From Candidatus Poribacteria bacterium (GTDB lineage Bacteria; Poribacteria; WGA-4E; PCPOR2b): DNA of 64,000 nucleotides. The notes below the pieces were generated by a model. That model saw only the letters and a program-made list of their open reading frames with translations. It had not been told where the DNA came from and did no database searches. A program made the position numbers and the translations under genes. The stretch is taken from the NCBI GenBank assembly GCA_965215015.1, contig OZ244042.1, positions 4,960,001 to 5,024,000 on the forward strand. Direction: 5' to 3'. Shown here one piece after another: positions 29,998-41,125 of the stretch; the first letter of the stretch is position 1, and each line of letters starts with the position of its first letter.

Positions 29998-31033
29998 GGT
30001 GTCCAACGATGCAATGAACGACCCCGAAGAACTCCAACGCCGGATTGAGGAGGAGGGCTACCTCTTTTTCAGGAAACTGCAAGATCCGGATAAACTATTA
30101 GACTTGCGGCGACAGATGTTGACGGTCATTCAGGAGGGCGGCTGGCTTGTCCCCGGAACCGACCCGATGGAGGGTATTGCTGACATTTCGCATCAATGCA
30201 CCGAGGGGAATGCCGAGTATACCGAGGTCTATCACGAAGTTTATAAGCTGGAAGCCTTTCACCGGGCGGGCCATTGGCCCGAGGTGCTGGATATGATGGA
30301 ACAGGTGATTGGCCAACCGGTGCTGCCCCACCCACAGAAAATTGCCCGCCTGTGGTTCCCGAAGTATACGGAACATACCACGCCGATACACCAAGATTTT
30401 GTCCACTTCCAAGGAAATTTTCAGACCTATACCTGCTGGGCACCTGTTGGGGACTGTCCAATTGAACTGGGCGGACTGGCGTTGTTGCCGGGCTCGCACA
30501 AAGTCAACAAGGTTCTCGAACATCACTTTTCGCTCGGTGCTGGTGCCCAACGTATCGATCCCGACGAAATAGAGGGAGAATGGCACACCACGGACTATGA
30601 AATTGGCGACTCCTTAATCTTTTTGGCGTTGACCATACATCAGGCCCTGCCTAATCTCACTGAGGATAAACTCCGTGTCTCGCTGGATAACCGGTATCAC
30701 GCGCTTGGCGATCCAATTGCGGAGCACATGCTAGCACCGCATCTCAACAGCTCCAGTGAACTTAGCTGGGAGGAGGTCTACAAGGATTGGGAATCGGACG
30801 ACTTAAAGTATTATTGGCAGGATTTAGACCACCCTATCGTTCCAAGAGATCTTAGCTTTGGCGAAAAAGTGTTTGCAGAGGCGTTGGACCTTGCGAGGCA
30901 GGGGGATGCACACGCGATTCTACACCTCAACCGGATTATCAATCGAGATCCGGAAACCGACGCCGCAAAGCAGGCCATGGAGACGTTGCAAGGGGTTGAG
31001 TCGAAGGTAGAGAACGAAGCTGCTGCAGGCTAA
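29972..31033 (+). CDS. Phytanoyl-CoA dioxygenase family protein
   Basis: EEGYLFFR, IHQD, LPGSH, IHQA, RVSLDNRY; RBS GGAGG. Confidence 0.9.
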   Translation: MATQYKEFRVSNDAMNDPEELQRRIEEEGYLFFRKLQDPDKLLDLRRQMLTVIQEGGWLVPGTDPMEGIADISHQCTEGNAEYTEVYHEVYKLEAFHRAGHWPEVLDMMEQVIGQPVLPHPQKIARLWFPKYTEHTTPIHQDFVHFQGNFQTYTCWAPVGDCPIELGGLALLPGSHKVNKVLEHHFSLGAGAQRIDPDEIEGEWHTTDYEIGDSLIFLALTIHQALPNLTEDKLRVSLDNRYHALGDPIAEHMLAPHLNSSSELSWEEVYKDWESDDLKYYWQDLDHPIVPRDLSFGEKVFAEALDLARQGDAHAILHLNRIINRDPETDAAKQAMETLQGVESKVENEAAAG

Positions 31034-31408
31034 TTATTTTCAGAAAATGGGTTCATTAGTTCATTGAGCTGCTGAACCCTATATATATTGCTTCGCTGGG
31101 ATTATGTTTATGTTAGCTTATTAGATTGGGGGTTGGGTTTCACTGTTCCCCTTCAACCTAACCTGCGTGCTGCACCCCACAGAAACGGCTGGGATATGTC
31201 TATCCAAGTCTTGGACTCTCGGCGAAGTCGGAGCCGATCGGATTTTACAACTAGCAATTTGCGCTAGGATAACGCAAGCAGGTCGAGATTCATATCTGGA
31301 CAAAACACCCGGACTATAGCGTAATATTTCGGGTAGATTGAACCAATCGTGTGGCACAACAGGGGTTGGTATTTCGATTGTGAAAAATTGGCCTACTGAA
31401 GTCACCCG

Positions 31409-32824
31409 CTAGTTGAGTGGAGGGTATTTCTCTGCCCAAGGCGCGAGTGCCTCAAAGGCAGCAGACGCACGTAGTACAGTTACATCGTCACGCCACCGTC
31501 CCACGATTTGGAGTCCGACCGGCAGTCCACCGTGGTCAAAACCACATGGGACGCTTGCTGCCGGTTGACCGGTGATGTTAAACGGATAGGTAAACGCTGT
31601 CCAATTCAGATAGGTTGTCGGTTGACCGTTGATCTGCCCCGGATGATCATCACCAGCAGTAAACGCTGTTACCGGCAGCGTGGGGGTCAGGAGGAGGTCA
31701 TATCGATCCATGAATTGACGCCAAGTGTGGTAGTAGTCATTCCGCCGTGCATAGGCTAGGGCGACTTCTGCCCCCGAAAGCTGAAGCCCTTGCTCTATGA
31801 CCCTCACCAAGCCCGGATCAATCTGATCCCGAACCGCATCCAAGTCGTGGAGATATAAGCCGGCAAATGCGGACGCCCAGATAACATGAACAATGCTCTC
31901 CCACGGATCTTCAAGATCGGGATGGGCTGCCTCAACATGGCAACCGAGTTCACTAAAGCGCAATGACGCTTTTTCAACAATCTCACGGACTTCCGGCTCG
32001 ATCAGAGCGTAACCCAGATCGGGCGACCAAGCGACCCGCAGACCGGTAATGTCCCCTTCCAGCCCAGCTAAGTAGTCCGTCTCCGTGGGAAGTGAGAGGC
32101 GGTCACGCGAATCAGCTCCCGCCATGACGTTCAACATGAGTGCCGCATCGGATACCGTCCGCGTCATCGGACCGAGGTGGGAGAACAGTTCGACAGCACT
32201 GGCGGGATACTGCGGGATGAGTCCCCACGAAGGCTTGAGTCCGTAAATACCGCAGAAACTCGATGGAATACGAATTGAACCTGCGCCATCGCTGCCTTGG
32301 GCAAGAGGTCCCAACCCCGCGGCAACCGCTGCTGTTCCACCGCCGCTAGAGCCTCCAGCGGTACGACCGGGCTTCCACGGATTCTGGGTGGAGCCGATGA
32401 TACGGTTCGTTGAGTCCCCCTTCCACCCCAACTCGGGGAGATTGGTCTTGCCCAGTATCACGGCACCGGCTTCGTGAAGTCGCTCAATGATCGGCGCATC
32501 ATAGTCCGGCACCCAATCTTTGTAAAGCAAGGAACCGCGGGTTGTACGAATCCCTGTTATTGACACAAGGTCTTTTATCGAGGTTGGGATGCCAGCCAAC
32601 GGGGGTAGAGATTCGCCGGTTTGATAGGCTTGTTCGGCGATGCGCGCCCCCTTAAGCGCGAGTTCTGGCGTCATCGTAATGAAGGCGTTGAGGTTTGGAT
32701 TCAGTTGATCTATACGGCGGAGTATCGCCTCCGTCACCTCAACCGGCGACACCTCGTGTTTCTGGTATAGGTCCCGCAATTGCAAGGCTGACAAATAGCA
32801 GAGATCAGTTGCTGTCATATTCAA
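31409..32824 (-). CDS. Amidase signature family enzyme
   Basis: SIKDL, GKTNLPE, GGSSGG, GSDGAGSIRIP, GLPVGLQ. Confidence 0.95.
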   Translation of the reverse strand: MNMTATDLCYLSALQLRDLYQKHEVSPVEVTEAILRRIDQLNPNLNAFITMTPELALKGARIAEQAYQTGESLPPLAGIPTSIKDLVSITGIRTTRGSLLYKDWVPDYDAPIIERLHEAGAVILGKTNLPELGWKGDSTNRIIGSTQNPWKPGRTAGGSSGGGTAAVAAGLGPLAQGSDGAGSIRIPSSFCGIYGLKPSWGLIPQYPASAVELFSHLGPMTRTVSDAALMLNVMAGADSRDRLSLPTETDYLAGLEGDITGLRVAWSPDLGYALIEPEVREIVEKASLRFSELGCHVEAAHPDLEDPWESIVHVIWASAFAGLYLHDLDAVRDQIDPGLVRVIEQGLQLSGAEVALAYARRNDYYHTWRQFMDRYDLLLTPTLPVTAFTAGDDHPGQINGQPTTYLNWTAFTYPFNITGQPAASVPCGFDHGGLPVGLQIVGRWRDDVTVLRASAAFEALAPWAEKYPPLN

Positions 32825-33215
32825 ACTCTTTTCTGTCGAAATGGATACAAAAGGATGGAAAGCGATTTGACACTCATGTTTAAAATAAGATTCATGTCAA
32901 AAGAAAGTGCAAAACGCTAAGAGAAACCGAGCCCCCTCTAATCGCGAGGACCCACACGGTTCCTCTCCTCGCTAAAGCCCCGGTCTGGTAATATGTCCGT
33001 TCCATGCTCATTGAGCCTATACTATAATTGACGGACACCCCACCGGATATTTGGGGTGTGGACGGGGATTTGGTTTTCCCTCACTTTCGCCTCCTCCCCC
33101 CTTGCGGGGGATTAGAGGGGGGCTTAGAAGGGGTTCTGTTTCAAGATTTCTTAACATGAGACGGAAAAAATGATACAAGCAATCAAAAAGCAAGTCAACA
33201 GAAAAACGCAAGGAG

Positions 33216-34103
33216 ATGAGGATGGCTCATTTGAAATACTCAGTAATCGTTGACACATTGGCGACCTTCGGACTAAATATTTGGGATCAACCGCGCGAGG
33301 TACTTGAGTTGGTCAAAGCTAGTGGCTATGATGGTATGGACCTCACCGCAGAACCTGACCGAATCGAGATAAAACGGTATCGGGAAATCACTGAAATAGC
33401 GAGGTCAATGGGATTGGAGATTGCGGCACTGCTTGGAGCGTGGGCGACCTGGCACGCCGGCGAGGCCCGGGATTTGGCATCCACCGACGAGGGGGCTCGG
33501 CGTTATGCAATTGGTTACGCCCAAAAATGCACCGACTTAGCGGTAGATCTGAAAGTATCCGTCTATGAAATCTGCTGTTGTCCAGCTGAACCAAAGTACC
33601 CAATCTCTGACGTGCCGCTCCCGACGGTGCGGCAAAACTTTGTTGAGTCCGCGCGAGAGATAAGTCGTTACGCTGCCGACCGTGGGGTGAGAGTAGCGAT
33701 GGAGCCGGTAAATCGGTTTGAAGGCTATGCGGGCTTCATGAATAGTGTGGTTGATGCTGTTAGTGTCGCTGACGAAGTCGGTGAAGAGAACTTGGGGGTG
33801 ATGGTTGATTTTTTCCACGCGAACATTGAGGATGTCTCGGTCCCTGAGGCCATCCGGCGGGCAAAGCACCGACTGATGCTGATCCATTTAGCCGATAGCA
33901 ACCGTCAAATGCCGGGGACAGGGCACATTGATTTCACCAGTGTAATCAGGGAACTTGACGAGATAGGATTTGAGGGCTATCTCTCCTTGGATTGCTTGCC
34001 CGCAAGGCCCGATGCTCAAACCTATTTAACCCATTCCATCAGTTACATGAAACAGCTGGAGGCAGCGGTTGCGCTGGAGAAACGGCTATCTGGGATGAAT
34101 TAA
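33216..34103 (+). CDS. Sugar phosphate isomerase/epimerase (xylose isomerase-like TIM barrel)
   Basis: MEPVNRFE, DFFHANIE, IHLADSNR..PGTGHIDF. Confidence 0.9.
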   Translation: MRMAHLKYSVIVDTLATFGLNIWDQPREVLELVKASGYDGMDLTAEPDRIEIKRYREITEIARSMGLEIAALLGAWATWHAGEARDLASTDEGARRYAIGYAQKCTDLAVDLKVSVYEICCCPAEPKYPISDVPLPTVRQNFVESAREISRYAADRGVRVAMEPVNRFEGYAGFMNSVVDAVSVADEVGEENLGVMVDFFHANIEDVSVPEAIRRAKHRLMLIHLADSNRQMPGTGHIDFTSVIRELDEIGFEGYLSLDCLPARPDAQTYLTHSISYMKQLEAAVALEKRLSGMN

Positions 34104-34129
34104 ATCTGTTTGTTTAGTATGATGACACC

Positions 34130-35134
34130 CTAGTTGGGTACGGTTTGGGGCGTGCCTGTGTGGGCTGCTTCAGCCAAGGCATTGCATATAGACACGGCGC
34201 GTACACCGTCGCGGGCGTTGCACAGGGTGTCCCCGTCCGTACGAATCGCTTCCAATAGGTTTACCATCATTGACGCTTCAGCCACCTCCGCTTCCGGTAG
34301 TTCCCGCGTGTCCAGATAGTCGATTTCACATCCGCCAAAGTCAACGCGCGTCATGTGAGCGGAGAACACCGCGCTACGCTCTCCATCCCACATCTGATGG
34401 AACCACTTGGACACGAAGGGGTTCATTCCTTGGTCGGTGCTAATTACTGTAGAGAGCCCGCCGCTCCGCCAGAGAATTGTTCCTACCAGTCCATCAGGAT
34501 AGCCGGCGGTGCCTTTATTTTGACCGAAGATTCGTCCTTCCGCATAGACCCGATCCGGTTCGCTATCCATCAAATAGGTGAGCAGATCGATGGTATGAAC
34601 TGCGGTGCTTATCAGCAAGCCGCCGCCATCGTCCGCATGCCACACCCACGTACTACCGCTCGCACCGGAATCATTCATCGCTAACTGACCATGACTCAAG
34701 CGGGGTTGGGATAGTAGCTCTCGTGCCTTCTGTGCCGGGGGGGCAATCCGGAATTTACAATTAATCACGAGCTTGACCCCGGTTCGTTCCACCATCTCAG
34801 CGACTTCGACAGCTTGGGCGTGGGTCACACACATCGGTTTTTCCAAGAGGATATGCTTGCCGGCTTTAGCCCCAGCGAGGGCGAGTGGATGGTGTGCATC
34901 GTGGTGAGTGGCAATTACCAGCAGGTCAATGGAATCGTCGCGCATGATGCGGTCAGCGTCGGTCGTGGCATAGGAACCGCCAAATTCCCCTAACGCCTCT
35001 TCGGCTTTTTCCTCAATCTCGTCGCAAAAACCGACCAATTCAATCCCTAGACCTTTTGCTTTTGCCGCGTGGCCTCGTCCAGCACCGCCACAACCAATCA
35101 CAGCCGCCTTGAACCCAGATCCTATTGAGGTCAT
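34130..35134 (-). CDS. Gfo/Idh/MocA oxidoreductase
   Basis: AVIGCGGAG, GKHILLEKP, GGG.L...VH.IDL. Confidence 0.92.
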   Translation of the reverse strand: MTSIGSGFKAAVIGCGGAGRGHAAKAKGLGIELVGFCDEIEEKAEEALGEFGGSYATTDADRIMRDDSIDLLVIATHHDAHHPLALAGAKAGKHILLEKPMCVTHAQAVEVAEMVERTGVKLVINCKFRIAPPAQKARELLSQPRLSHGQLAMNDSGASGSTWVWHADDGGGLLISTAVHTIDLLTYLMDSEPDRVYAEGRIFGQNKGTAGYPDGLVGTILWRSGGLSTVISTDQGMNPFVSKWFHQMWDGERSAVFSAHMTRVDFGGCEIDYLDTRELPEAEVAEASMMVNLLEAIRTDGDTLCNARDGVRAVSICNALAEAAHTGTPQTVPN

Positions 35135-35180
35135 TTTAGCCCTCCGTAAAGCGTCAAACGTACAGGATTTGTCATCAGAC

Positions 35181-36017
35181 TCATCTAATCATGACACCGA
35201 CTTCCGCTGCGACTGACCGAATATATTCAGCACCGAGCGCGTATTCTTCAGCGGACGGAAGGTGTTCAAGCATCAACGGTGTATCCGGATCCAGTCGATC
35301 CAGTTCCCGCAAATATGTCCCGTAGTCAAGCCCACCGAGACCGGGACGGGTCTCATCAAGGTGAACGGTTAAGTTATCAGCGAGGGAGATGTCCTTCGCA
35401 TGACAGCTTTTGATATGCGCGCCGAGTTTCGCGAAACAGTCGCGGATGAGATCTCCACTGCGGTAGTAGCGTTCAATACCGTTGATAATGTTCACCGGGT
35501 CAAGGTGGACAGCACACTGTACCCGATCAATCGCTTTGATCAAACGCAGGTAGCTATCGGCTCCCTCGGGATAAGCCCACGGCATCATTTCGAGCGTGTA
35601 AAATGTCCGCGTGGGCTTCACATCATCAATAATTGAACGAACGCTCGCAACAATCAGATCGAAGGTATCATCTGTCAAATTATTGGGGTGAGGTCCGTCC
35701 CACTTAGGGCCGCGTGAGCCGGAGATGTTGACACAGCAGTTTGCACCAACCCGATCTGCAAGCGCAAGCTGCACTCGACACTTTTTTAGGGCAGCCTCGC
35801 GTTCCACATCGTCAACACTGATTGGATTGCTCCATGCCCCGACTTCCGCAATCACGATGTCTGCTTTTTTCGCGGCTTTGATGTACGCATCAATGGTCGC
35901 CTCATCGCTTTCTGAGTTGACAGGGCAGTAGGCGGCACTGTATCCGTGATTCTTGACCGCTTCTGCCCAGCTGTCAGGACTGGCAATTTCACCGAATATC
36001 GGTCCGCCAAGTCGCAT
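35181..36017 (-). CDS. Sugar phosphate isomerase/epimerase family protein
   Basis: LEMMPW, HLDPVN, CHAKD, PGLGGLDY, MLEHL. Confidence 0.9.
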   Translation of the reverse strand: MRLGGPIFGEIASPDSWAEAVKNHGYSAAYCPVNSESDEATIDAYIKAAKKADIVIAEVGAWSNPISVDDVEREAALKKCRVQLALADRVGANCCVNISGSRGPKWDGPHPNNLTDDTFDLIVASVRSIIDDVKPTRTFYTLEMMPWAYPEGADSYLRLIKAIDRVQCAVHLDPVNIINGIERYYRSGDLIRDCFAKLGAHIKSCHAKDISLADNLTVHLDETRPGLGGLDYGTYLRELDRLDPDTPLMLEHLPSAEEYALGAEYIRSVAAEVGVMIR

Positions 36018-36294
36018 TTTTACCTCCTCGCAGCTTCAATTAAGCATCTCTAATCTATCTATTTTCCACTTGACATGCCTTGCAGCTTTCCATCACAATA
36101 TGCTATACACATACCGTCCCGCTAGGGTTTTGTAGATCGGACAGGCCGCTTTGGCCCCGATTTATCGGGGCTGCCCGACCTACGGGTATGTGTGTAGGTT
36201 ACGGCAGACGGAGTATGCCTACTACTAGCGACTTGGGTTATTTTACTGTTTTTCACCGCCCGTGTCTACTCTTTTAGGAATCGTAAACGAAAAA

Positions 36295-37023
36295 ATGCGC
36301 CTCGAAAAATTCCTCTCTGAATCCGGCATCGCTTCTCGACGGGACGCGAAAAAATACATTTCTGCAGGGCGAGTCACCGTCAATCGCAAAAAGGTGTTCA
36401 TCCCCGGCACCCACATCGCTCCCCGGCAGGATGAGATTACATTTGATGGAGAATTGATACATGGGAAGCCGCGGCAGATCTACCTGATGCTAAATAAACC
36501 GGCGGGCTATGTTACAACGGTACGCGATGAGCGAGGGCGGCCGACGGTCATGGCGTTGGTGCGTAGCATAGCCGAGCGCATCTATCCGGTCGGACGGTTG
36601 GATGTTAATACTGAGGGGCTTCTGCTGATGACCAACGACGGGGATTTCGCACATAGAATCCTCCATCCGAGCCATGAGATTCAGAAAACATACACTGCGT
36701 GGGTGGAGGGGCAACCGAATCGGCGCGAGATTCAAAGGCTGCGAGAGGGAATAGAAATTGAGGCGGGGTTAATCACTGCGGCAAAAATCAACCAAACGGG
36801 AAGAAGAGAAGGACAGACACAATTCAAAGTTGTTATCCACGAAGGAAAGAAACGGCAGATTCGGCGTATGTTCCACGCCGTAGGGCACGAGGTCATGTAC
36901 CTCAAACGGGTAGGGATTGGATCGCTTTCGCTGGGACAGCTCTCAATTGGGAAATATCGCTTCTTAACGCCGACTGAAATCGAATCGCTTGATCATGAGG
37001 GCCCTGCCCAAGATAAAGGTTAA
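36295..37023 (+). CDS. rRNA pseudouridine synthase (RsuA/RluB family)
   Basis: S4 domain RLEKFL..GIASRR; NKPAG, VGRLD..TEGLLL, EGKKRQIRRM. Confidence 0.95.
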   Translation: MRLEKFLSESGIASRRDAKKYISAGRVTVNRKKVFIPGTHIAPRQDEITFDGELIHGKPRQIYLMLNKPAGYVTTVRDERGRPTVMALVRSIAERIYPVGRLDVNTEGLLLMTNDGDFAHRILHPSHEIQKTYTAWVEGQPNRREIQRLREGIEIEAGLITAAKINQTGRREGQTQFKVVIHEGKKRQIRRMFHAVGHEVMYLKRVGIGSLSLGQLSIGKYRFLTPTEIESLDHEGPAQDKG

Positions 37024-37060
37024 ACTAGTTAAGCACTTAGCGATAATAGACCATGGTATG

Positions 37061-38593
37061 CTACTGATCATCAAGTTCCTGCGTTTCCTTCATCGTCTCT
37101 TCCCCACCAAGGCATAAGAGGTAATCTTTCAATCCAATATACAGTTTGCCATTGGCGATAGCCGGTGAGGAGTAAATCGGTTCACCGCCGGTGATTTTGT
37201 CGGTATCAAACTGCCACACTATGCGCCCACTATCAATATTAATCTTGTAGATTACGCCGTTATCGGCACCGACATACACAGAGCTTTCTGTGACCGCCGG
37301 TGAGGATACGACTGAGTGTCCAATATTCAATTTCCAACCTAGCGCACCGTCAGCGGCGTTGAGCGCATAGACATGCCCATCCCGAGACCCAAAATACACA
37401 GAGCCATTACGATAGGCAACCGCTGTGAGGACGGAATCTTCGGCTTCATACGCCCAGTTCTGCTCCCCTGTTTGGACATTACGGGCGGTGACCCGTCCCT
37501 TCGGCACTTCAGCACTTTCGATAAAGTTACCGTTGCCAAGACCGAAAAAGACCATATTGCCATCGGCACCTGGACTCCCCCAAGCGGGGTAATCCACACG
37601 CTTTGACCAAACCTCTGCGCCACTATTTGCATCAACCGCGTAGATCCGATACTCACCATAGCCGGTGCCGAAGTAAACCTTTCCCTTCCATACCACCGGC
37701 GACATGTCCACATGGACAGATGGATAGTGCCAGATTTCCTTCCCTTCAAGCGCATCAAGGCAGTAAACACCATCGGCCCCTGCTCCGAAGTAGACCTTGC
37801 CTTGGCTAACAAAAGGGGTTGATTCCACATGACTCGCCGTTTTGAAAGTCCAAATCATGCTCCCATTATTGGCGTTGAGGCAATGGAGACGGCAATCGGC
37901 ATCCTGGTGAAACCCCTCGCCAACATAAACGCGCTCCCCAGCAACCGTCGGTGAGGAAAAAATCTGAACCGATGTATCATAACGCCAGCGGCTATCCCCG
38001 CTATCTGCATCAAGGCAGTAAACCGCGCCTCCACTGGAAAAGAACGAGCCCTGTGCGGCAGCGATATAGACCTGAGACCCGACAACCGCAGGTGAGGAAG
38101 GAAAGTCTACGACGACACCACCTTTCCCTTTGAATGCCCATGAGACTGTGGGGTGTGTTGGTCCGGGGAGATTATCGAGCTGTCCGGTACGCGTAATCCC
38201 TCCCCGAAAGGCGGACCAAGCCTGTTTTGCAAGCTGTTTCTCAAGCGGAACAGCTGTCGTTGTCGTAGCATGCGGTTGACCAGATTGAAAACTGCCATAA
38301 ATAACCCAAACCCCCGCACCGAGGAGGGCAAGGAGGAGTATCAAGGTTATAGCCTTGAGGAGAACAGATTCGCGGATACGATAAAACAATCCTTTAAGCC
38401 AATCACGAGCAAACACAAACACAGTTAAAAAAGCGAGACCGACAACTGCAAGAATCTGAGGGATAATACTAAGTAAGGCAGAAAGCGGACCTAAGAGTTG
38501 AGGGATAACCGCATGGGCCGTTCCCGCTGAGTTGAAAGTGACACATAAAAATACCAATGCCAAAATTGAGAGCTTTGTTTTTAGGTTGATCAT
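37061..38593 (-). CDS. PQQ-like beta-propeller repeat protein (BamB-like repeats) with signal peptide and TM segments
   Basis: Repeated SSP.V....VY.G...G.VY.LDA..G...W. Confidence 0.9.
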   Translation of the reverse strand: MINLKTKLSILALVFLCVTFNSAGTAHAVIPQLLGPLSALLSIIPQILAVVGLAFLTVFVFARDWLKGLFYRIRESVLLKAITLILLLALLGAGVWVIYGSFQSGQPHATTTTAVPLEKQLAKQAWSAFRGGITRTGQLDNLPGPTHPTVSWAFKGKGGVVVDFPSSPAVVGSQVYIAAAQGSFFSSGGAVYCLDADSGDSRWRYDTSVQIFSSPTVAGERVYVGEGFHQDADCRLHCLNANNGSMIWTFKTASHVESTPFVSQGKVYFGAGADGVYCLDALEGKEIWHYPSVHVDMSPVVWKGKVYFGTGYGEYRIYAVDANSGAEVWSKRVDYPAWGSPGADGNMVFFGLGNGNFIESAEVPKGRVTARNVQTGEQNWAYEAEDSVLTAVAYRNGSVYFGSRDGHVYALNAADGALGWKLNIGHSVVSSPAVTESSVYVGADNGVIYKINIDSGRIVWQFDTDKITGGEPIYSSPAIANGKLYIGLKDYLLCLGGEETMKETQELDDQ

Positions 38594-38619
38594 GTGTTAG
38601 TTCATTGGTCCATTAGCAC

Positions 38620-38930
38620 TAGGACTTACGCGGTGAACCCTTCAAAGCTAACACCAGAAAAGGGCGCGCAATGTGCATCGTTGATTGAAAACACCCGGAC
38701 TATCGCCCTATAGTATCTGGTATTCTATGGTGCTAGAGTCATGGTATCCTCGGCGATTCATCGCCGGTGAAAGTGCCTCTTGACGCCTGATAAATCGGGG
38801 GGCGACAGCGAATCCCAAAGTAGTAGGGGCACTCCGCGCCCCATCCACCGGGTATTTAGCAAGGGGAAGAGATACCGTATGGGTATTTGGGGGTTGGGGG
38901 GCTTAGCGGGTAGCGGCGTTGATAGGGATT
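38620..38930. mobile_element. IS701-end-derived mosaic MITE
   Basis: TAGGACTTACGC start; shares blocks with 28397 and 6090-6170. Confidence 0.65.
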
Positions 38931-38978
38931 GGCTTCAAACCGTTCAACTTGAATTTCAACTCTGAAACGCAATCCACG

Positions 38979-40169
38979 CTACGATTTTTCAGCGAGCCAT
39001 TTAACAGCAAAATGAATCAAGTTCTCTATTATCTGGTAATTGATAAAGACATTGGCACTCGTTTCGTTTTGGAGACTTGTGATAAGGTATATCCCTTCGC
39101 CGTATGCCAAGGTCGCAAAGGCAATTTCTTTCTTATTGTTTGTAGTGGCGAGGATTGTGTATTTATCGCTCCATTTTGCCCATGCGTCGTCAAGGAAGAC
39201 ATCACCAAATTGGATTTTATTCGGTTCACTAAATAGTGTGCCTGCTGCCCGTGTTGGCTCAAAATCGCTACGCCCCATCCGTTCCACTCCCTTCATCGGT
39301 TCAGGGATCCAACCCGTCGGACATGGGCGATCATCATCGCTATCTTGTCCTGAAACGATAACGACACCGCCACCTTTCACAAAGGCTTTAATCTTGTTCT
39401 CCCGCCCCTTTGTCAAGCGATATTTATCTTCGCAGATTTCTCCTTGTCCCAACCAGAGAATGTCGGCGTGGTCGAGGGTTGGCAGGTTGCGATCTTTCGT
39501 TTTTTGATAAACTACCTGATGTCCTCCGACCGGATTGAAGGCAGAAATCGTGGGAAATTCGACATTGTAACGATTGCCAGAGAGGACAAGTAGACGCACA
39601 GCATCGGAAGATACCTCGGTGAGGGATTGCACTGAGGCTCTTGCATTTTCGGGCTTGATTCTCCCAGCAAGTGTATCCCGCACAAGCCGCTGAAAATCGG
39701 GTGTTGAACCTTTGTAGGTCCGATGCATGTAAATCTCAATATGGGTAAAGTTCCACCAAACGCGGCTTTTATCCGATCGGTCTTGAGCAAAGGTTTGGAA
39801 CCAAGTGCCATCAACATGTCCGAGGCTGGGGATTCGCCGCCCCTCCCTCTGATAGAAGATAATAATTGGCCTCCCGACTTTGAATTTTTTAATCATCTTT
39901 TGCGGGAAGTTGCCCTGCCCGGTGGATAGGTTAATTTTAATTTCTTGAAAATTGCTTTCTCCCTTGAGATTTTCCTCGACTTTCACCTTGGCGGTCATGC
40001 GTTTCTGATTGACTGAGGTGACAGTCCCAAAGACAATGTTGCTGCATTCAGCCAGAACCTCTTGAAGGGTATAATGCCTCGCAATAAAGGCTTGGGTTTG
40101 AGAAACAGTGAACGGGAATTGCAAACCCACCAGCAAAATAAAAGAGAGCAGTAACAATCTCATTCTCAT
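38979..40169 (-). CDS. Secreted hypothetical protein (C-terminal part class-I GATase-like)
   Basis: Signal peptide ending TQA; IKAFVKGGGVVIV pattern. Confidence 0.8.
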   Translation of the reverse strand: MRMRLLLLSFILLVGLQFPFTVSQTQAFIARHYTLQEVLAECSNIVFGTVTSVNQKRMTAKVKVEENLKGESNFQEIKINLSTGQGNFPQKMIKKFKVGRPIIIFYQREGRRIPSLGHVDGTWFQTFAQDRSDKSRVWWNFTHIEIYMHRTYKGSTPDFQRLVRDTLAGRIKPENARASVQSLTEVSSDAVRLLVLSGNRYNVEFPTISAFNPVGGHQVVYQKTKDRNLPTLDHADILWLGQGEICEDKYRLTKGRENKIKAFVKGGGVVIVSGQDSDDDRPCPTGWIPEPMKGVERMGRSDFEPTRAAGTLFSEPNKIQFGDVFLDDAWAKWSDKYTILATTNNKKEIAFATLAYGEGIYLITSLQNETSANVFINYQIIENLIHFAVKWLAEKS

Positions 40170-40330
40170 GGATGATGAGCTCCTTCGCTCATTTAAAAAG
40201 AAAGGGTAAAACGCAAAAGGAAGCTGTAAGGGCGGGGTTTCCCCGCCCGTGCTTGCCTCGGTTGCTTTGCATGATTTGTATTAACATGAGTCAACTCTTA
40301 CAAATGTTTTACCTCGAATAGATTCGGTTA

Positions 40331-41095
40331 TCAGGGAGCGTTTAAAATCTCCAAAACATGGGGATGTAGACTCTGGGTTGCAGCCACACACGAATCCCCT
40401 TGAACGACATCGCTGCCATCCCACGCAGTAATAACCCCGCCTGCACCGCGAACGACCGGAATCACTGGAAGGACATCCCACGGATTCACGATGGGGTCGA
40501 TCATGATATCCGCTCCGCCCGATGCGAGCAACAGATACCCGTAGCAGTCGCCCCATGTGCGGAAAAGTTTCGCTTGCTGAAGTAAATTATCAAATCCCGC
40601 TTGATTTTGATATTTACCGATACTCAGAATATCAGTTGTCAGCAGGATCGCTTCGGAGAGATTGTCGGTCTCCCGGACATTCACCGGATGTCCGTTGATG
40701 GTTGTTTGTTCATTATCGCCGAGGCACAACCGCTCTAAGATGGGTTGATTAATGGCGCCCAAGACGGGTTGTCCTTCGTGCAGGAGACAAATCAGCGTTC
40801 CGAAAAGTGGGCAGCCGCTTGCAAATGATTTTGTGCCATCTATCGGATCCAGCACCCAGACAAATTCAACAGTTTCATTTTCGTTCCCAAACTCTTCTCC
40901 GATGATGCCGTGGTCTGGAAATTCTTTGCAGATTAGATGGCGCATGACCTCCTCTGCCCCTCGGTCCGCCGCGGTGACAGGCGTTTCGTCTTCTTTCAGC
41001 TCAACTTCAAGGTCGAAAGAGGCAAAATAAGGCTTTATAACTTCGGCACTTGCCGCCGCAAGTTTACAAACAAAGTTGATAAATTCTTCCCGCAC
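40331..41095 (-). CDS. hisN: Histidinol-phosphatase, inositol monophosphatase family
   Basis: PVTAADR.AE, GEEFG, WVLDPIDGTKSF, WGDCYGY, PWD. Confidence 0.88.
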   Translation of the reverse strand: MREEFINFVCKLAAASAEVIKPYFASFDLEVELKEDETPVTAADRGAEEVMRHLICKEFPDHGIIGEEFGNENETVEFVWVLDPIDGTKSFASGCPLFGTLICLLHEGQPVLGAINQPILERLCLGDNEQTTINGHPVNVRETDNLSEAILLTTDILSIGKYQNQAGFDNLLQQAKLFRTWGDCYGYLLLASGGADIMIDPIVNPWDVLPVIPVVRGAGGVITAWDGSDVVQGDSCVAATQSLHPHVLEILNAP

Positions 41096-41125
41096 TATGG
41101 CCCCTTTCCGTTACTGGGTTGTCTC

